Assembly (NCBI GenBank): GCA_945921515.1
Contig: CAMEKR010000001.1
Coordinates: forward strand, 1 to 56,255
Reading direction: 5' to 3'
Length of the DNA: 56,255 bases
DNA from: an uncultured Clostridia bacterium
Lineage (GTDB): Bacteria; Bacillota; Clostridia; Oscillospirales; Ruminococcaceae
Part shown: piece by piece, positions 52,989 through 56,255 of the stretch
How the letters are laid out: every line of letters starts with the position of its first letter
How positions within the stretch are numbered: position 1 is the stretch's first letter
Translations under genes and position numbers: made by a program
Notes under the pieces: model-generated
Databases searched by the model: none
What the model was told of the DNA's origin: nothing
What the model saw: only the letters and a program-made list of their open reading frames with translations

Positions 52989-55841
52989 ATGGGAATAGAT
53001 AAAATAGTAATCAAGGGTGCAAGAGAGCATAACCTCAAGAATATTGATATAGAACTGCCCCGTGATAAGCTGATAGTTATGACGGGACTCTCAGGCTCGG
53101 GAAAATCGTCTTTAGCTTTCGATACTATTTATGCAGACGGACAGAGAAGATATATAGAGAGCCTGTCCTCTTATGCGAGGATGTTTCTCGGTCAGATGGA
53201 AAAGCCGGATGTAGACAGTATAGAGGGACTTTCTCCCGCAATATCGATAGACCAGAAGACCACATCTAAGAACCCCCGTTCCACAGTCGGTACCGTCACA
53301 GAGATATACGACTATCTTAGACTGCTTTATGCAAGAGTGGGTATACCTCATTGCCCCGTGTGCAGCAAGGAGATAAAACAGCAGACGGTAGATCAGATTG
53401 TTGATAAGATAATGGAGCTTCCCGAGCGTACAAAGTTCCAGATACTTGCACCGATAGTAAGGGGAAGAAAGGGTGAATACCGCAAGGAGCTTGAAGACCT
53501 GATAAAACAGGGATACGCAAGGGTGCGTGTCGATGGCATAATCTACGACTTATCCGAGCAGATAAAAATGGATAAGAACAAAAAGCATAACATAGAGGTA
53601 ATTGTTGACCGTCTTGTTATGAAGGAAGATATCAGATCACGCTTAACCGACAGCATCGAGATAGCGGGCAATCTTTCGGGCGGACTTATCATAATTGATG
53701 TAATAGACGGCGAAGAGCTAAGCTTTTCACAGAACTATGCCTGCCCCGAGCATGGAGTAAGCATGGAAGAGCTTGTGCCGAGAATGTTCTCGTTCAACAA
53801 TCCCTTCGGTGCGTGTCCGACCTGTACAGGTCTCGGCGTGTTCAGAAGGATAGATATCGACCTTATTCTGCCAAATCGTGACCTTAGCATAAAAGAAAAC
53901 GCAATAAAGGCAAGCGGCTGGAAATATGCCGACGGAACGATAGCTCAGATGTATTTTGACGCTATTGCAAACGAATACGGCTTCAGCGTGGATCAGCCTG
54001 TAAAGGAACTGACAAAGGAACAGTTAGATGCGGTGCTTTTCGGTACGGGCGACAAAAAGATAAAGGTAGTCCGCAGTCGTGAGCAAGGCGGCGGAATGTA
54101 TATGACCGCATTTGAGGGTATTGTGAATAACCTTGAGCGACGCTACAAAGAGACTACCAGCGTATATTCGAGAGAAGATATAGCGCAGTATATGGGCGAG
54201 GCTGTCTGCCCCGATTGTCACGGACAAAGGCTTAAAAAAGAAGCTCTGTGCGTTACGGTATGCGGCAAGAATATCAACGAATTTTGCGATATGAGCATAG
54301 TAGAGGCACTTGATTTTGTCAAGGGCATAAAACTATCCGAGCGTGAAATGATGATAGCAGAGCGTATTCTCAAAGAGATAAAAGAGCGTCTGGGCTTTTT
54401 GAGCAGCGTAGGACTTGAATATCTCACGCTTTCACGGACGGCAGGAACGCTGTCGGGCGGCGAGAGCCAGCGTATCCGTCTTGCTACCCAGATAGGCAGC
54501 AGCCTTATGGGCGTGCTGTATATCCTTGACGAGCCGAGCATAGGACTTCATCAGAGAGACAACGATAAGCTGATAGCCACGCTGAAAAAACTGAGAGATC
54601 TCGGAAACACGCTGATTGTAGTCGAGCACGACGAGGACACTATGCGTGCGGCGGATTTTATCGTTGATATCGGTCCCGGTGCGGGAGTACACGGCGGCGA
54701 AGTAATCTGCGCAGGAACGCTTGACGATATTATGAAGTGTGAGCGCTCCGTGACAGGACAGTATCTCACGGGTAAGCTTAAGATAGAAGTTCCAAAGCAG
54801 CGCAGAAAGCCGGGTAAAAAATGGCTTACCGTAACAGGCTGCCGTGAAAACAATCTGAAAAACATAACAGCAAAGATTCCGCTCGGAATATTCACCTGCG
54901 TTACAGGCGTATCGGGAAGCGGCAAGAGCTCTCTCGTGAATGAGATAGTGTACAAGCACCTTGTAGGAAAGCTGAACCGTGCAAGGATAAAGCCCGGTGC
55001 TTTCGATACCTTTGAGGGTATAGAACATCTCGATAAGGTGATAGCAATTGACCAGTCGCCTATAGGTAGGACTCCGAGGAGCAACCCTGCAACCTATACG
55101 GGCGTATTCAACGATATCCGTGATTTGTTCGCTTCAACAAATGACGCAAAGATGAGAGGCTATACAAGCGGCAGATTCTCCTTCAATGTCAAGGGAGGAC
55201 GGTGCGAGGCGTGCGAGGGCGACGGCATAAACAAGATTGAAATGCACTTCCTTCCCGACATATACGTACCGTGCGATGTCTGCAAGGGTAAACGCTACAA
55301 CCGTGAAACTCTCGAAGTACACTACAGAGGCAAGAACATTTATGATGTGCTTGAAATGACGGTCGAGGAGGGAATTACCTTCTTTGAAAACCACGAGAAG
55401 ATAAAGCGCAAGCTACAGACGCTCTATGATGTAGGACTGGGATATATCAAGATAGGTCAGCCTGCAACCACGCTTTCGGGTGGTGAGGCGCAGAGAGTAA
55501 AGCTTGCCACCGAGCTGTCAAAGCGTGCAACGGGAAAGACCGTATATATTCTTGACGAGCCTACAACAGGTCTTCATACCGCCGATGTACACAAGCTGAT
55601 AGATGTACTTCAGAAGCTGACCGACGGCGGAAACACCGTGCTTGTTATCGAGCATAACCTTGATGTAATAAAAACCGCAGACTATATCATTGATATGGGG
55701 CCGGAGGGAGGAAACGGCGGAGGTACCGTCATTGCGACCGGCACTCCGGAGCAGGTAGCGGCAAACCCGATAAGTTATACGGGCAGATATCTGGCACCGC
55801 TTCTCGGCGTTGATCAAAGCGAGCAGCTGACGCTTGAATAA
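52989..55841 (+). CDS. uvrA: Excinuclease ABC subunit A
   Basis: [10 protein letters not shown], two ABC sites ([18 protein letters not shown]), LSGGESQRI, Zn fingers. Confidence 0.99.
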   Translation: MGIDKIVIKGAREHNLKNIDIELPRDKLIVMTGLSGSGKSSLAFDTIYADGQRRYIESLSSYARMFLGQMEKPDVDSIEGLSPAISIDQKTTSKNPRSTVGTVTEIYDYLRLLYARVGIPHCPVCSKEIKQQTVDQIVDKIMELPERTKFQILAPIVRGRKGEYRKELEDLIKQGYARVRVDGIIYDLSEQIKMDKNKKHNIEVIVDRLVMKEDIRSRLTDSIEIAGNLSGGLIIIDVIDGEELSFSQNYACPEHGVSMEELVPRMFSFNNPFGACPTCTGLGVFRRIDIDLILPNRDLSIKENAIKASGWKYADGTIAQMYFDAIANEYGFSVDQPVKELTKEQLDAVLFGTGDKKIKVVRSREQGGGMYMTAFEGIVNNLERRYKETTSVYSREDIAQYMGEAVCPDCHGQRLKKEALCVTVCGKNINEFCDMSIVEALDFVKGIKLSEREMMIAERILKEIKERLGFLSSVGLEYLTLSRTAGTLSGGESQRIRLATQIGSSLMGVLYILDEPSIGLHQRDNDKLIATLKKLRDLGNTLIVVEHDEDTMRAADFIVDIGPGAGVHGGEVICAGTLDDIMKCERSVTGQYLTGKLKIEVPKQRRKPGKKWLTVTGCRENNLKNITAKIPLGIFTCVTGVSGSGKSSLVNEIVYKHLVGKLNRARIKPGAFDTFEGIEHLDKVIAIDQSPIGRTPRSNPATYTGVFNDIRDLFASTNDAKMRGYTSGRFSFNVKGGRCEACEGDGINKIEMHFLPDIYVPCDVCKGKRYNRETLEVHYRGKNIYDVLEMTVEEGITFFENHEKIKRKLQTLYDVGLGYIKIGQPATTLSGGEAQRVKLATELSKRATGKTVYILDEPTTGLHTADVHKLIDVLQKLTDGGNTVLVIEHNLDVIKTADYIIDMGPEGGNGGGTVIATGTPEQVAANPISYTGRYLAPLLGVDQSEQLTLE

Positions 55842-55898
55842 CTTCGGATAGTATAGTGAAAATTAAAGGGGCAGTAAGCTGATAGTTTACTGCCCCTG

Positions 55899-56183
55899 CA
55901 GACTGTCGATAAACCTCTTTGTAAAGATAAAATGGGGTTTGGGGCGAAGCCCCCAATAGGGTCGAGGGGTGCGCTTCTATCAGCCTAACGGCTGATTTTC
56001 AAAAGCTCTGCTTTTGAGCCCCCGATAATAAGCCCAGCACGGATGCTGGGCGTGTATGCCAAAAGGCTCTGCACGATGCAGAGCCCACCAAGCATACACA
56101 ACCCTTCACCGAGGGGAAGGGGTTTGGGGTTAGGGATAGAGAATTTGCTCTACTATTTAAAATATAGACTTTTTCGACAAGCA
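55899..56183 (+). mobile_element. MITE copy 2 (long form) flanked by 30-bp duplicated terminator
   Basis: Imperfect TIRs cagactgtcgataaa...ttttcgacaagc; gggcagtaagctga(t/a)agtttactgcccctg at 55869-55898 and 56186-56215. Confidence 0.85.
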
Positions 56184-56255
56184 GAGGGCAGTAAGCTGAA
56201 AGTTTACTGCCCCTGATTTATTTATTGCATATATTATGTTACATCGGTCATTATC

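Overview
Low-GC Gram-positive (Bacillota, Ruminococcus/Oscillospiraceae-like; inferred from protein style and gene order) chromosomal segment. The first ~15 kb is accessory DNA. It opens with a tandem cloverleaf repeat at the left edge. Two large signal-peptide-less BspA/LRR_5-type leucine-rich-repeat genes then converge around a WYL regulator, an AT-rich uncharacterised gene, a Ser/Thr metallophosphatase and a ~1.75 kb siphophage tail-gene relic. The relic has truncated flanks, an intact Mrr-like moron and an intact -1 frameshift signal. A TetR gene and a 1226-aa sortase-anchored surface protein close the accessory part. The remainder is mostly housekeeping: YtrA-type GntR/ABC/CPBP operon, galT, a Cache-GGDEF-EAL protein, Zur-znuACB, a GH26 mannanase, rpoB-rpoC-rpsL-rpsG-fusA-tuf, CCA-adding enzyme, mreB-like, LUD protein, manA, ROK kinase, ilvD, radC-like (probable ATC start), uvrB and uvrA. 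Two copies of a terminator-targeting MITE occur at ~45.4 kb and ~56.0 kb. The best candidate for an undescribed system is the LRR-WYL-putative glycosylase-phosphatase-Mrr moron-LRR island, in which two promoters share an identically spaced ATGTCC motif. All family assignments are by motif recognition only; no searches were run.
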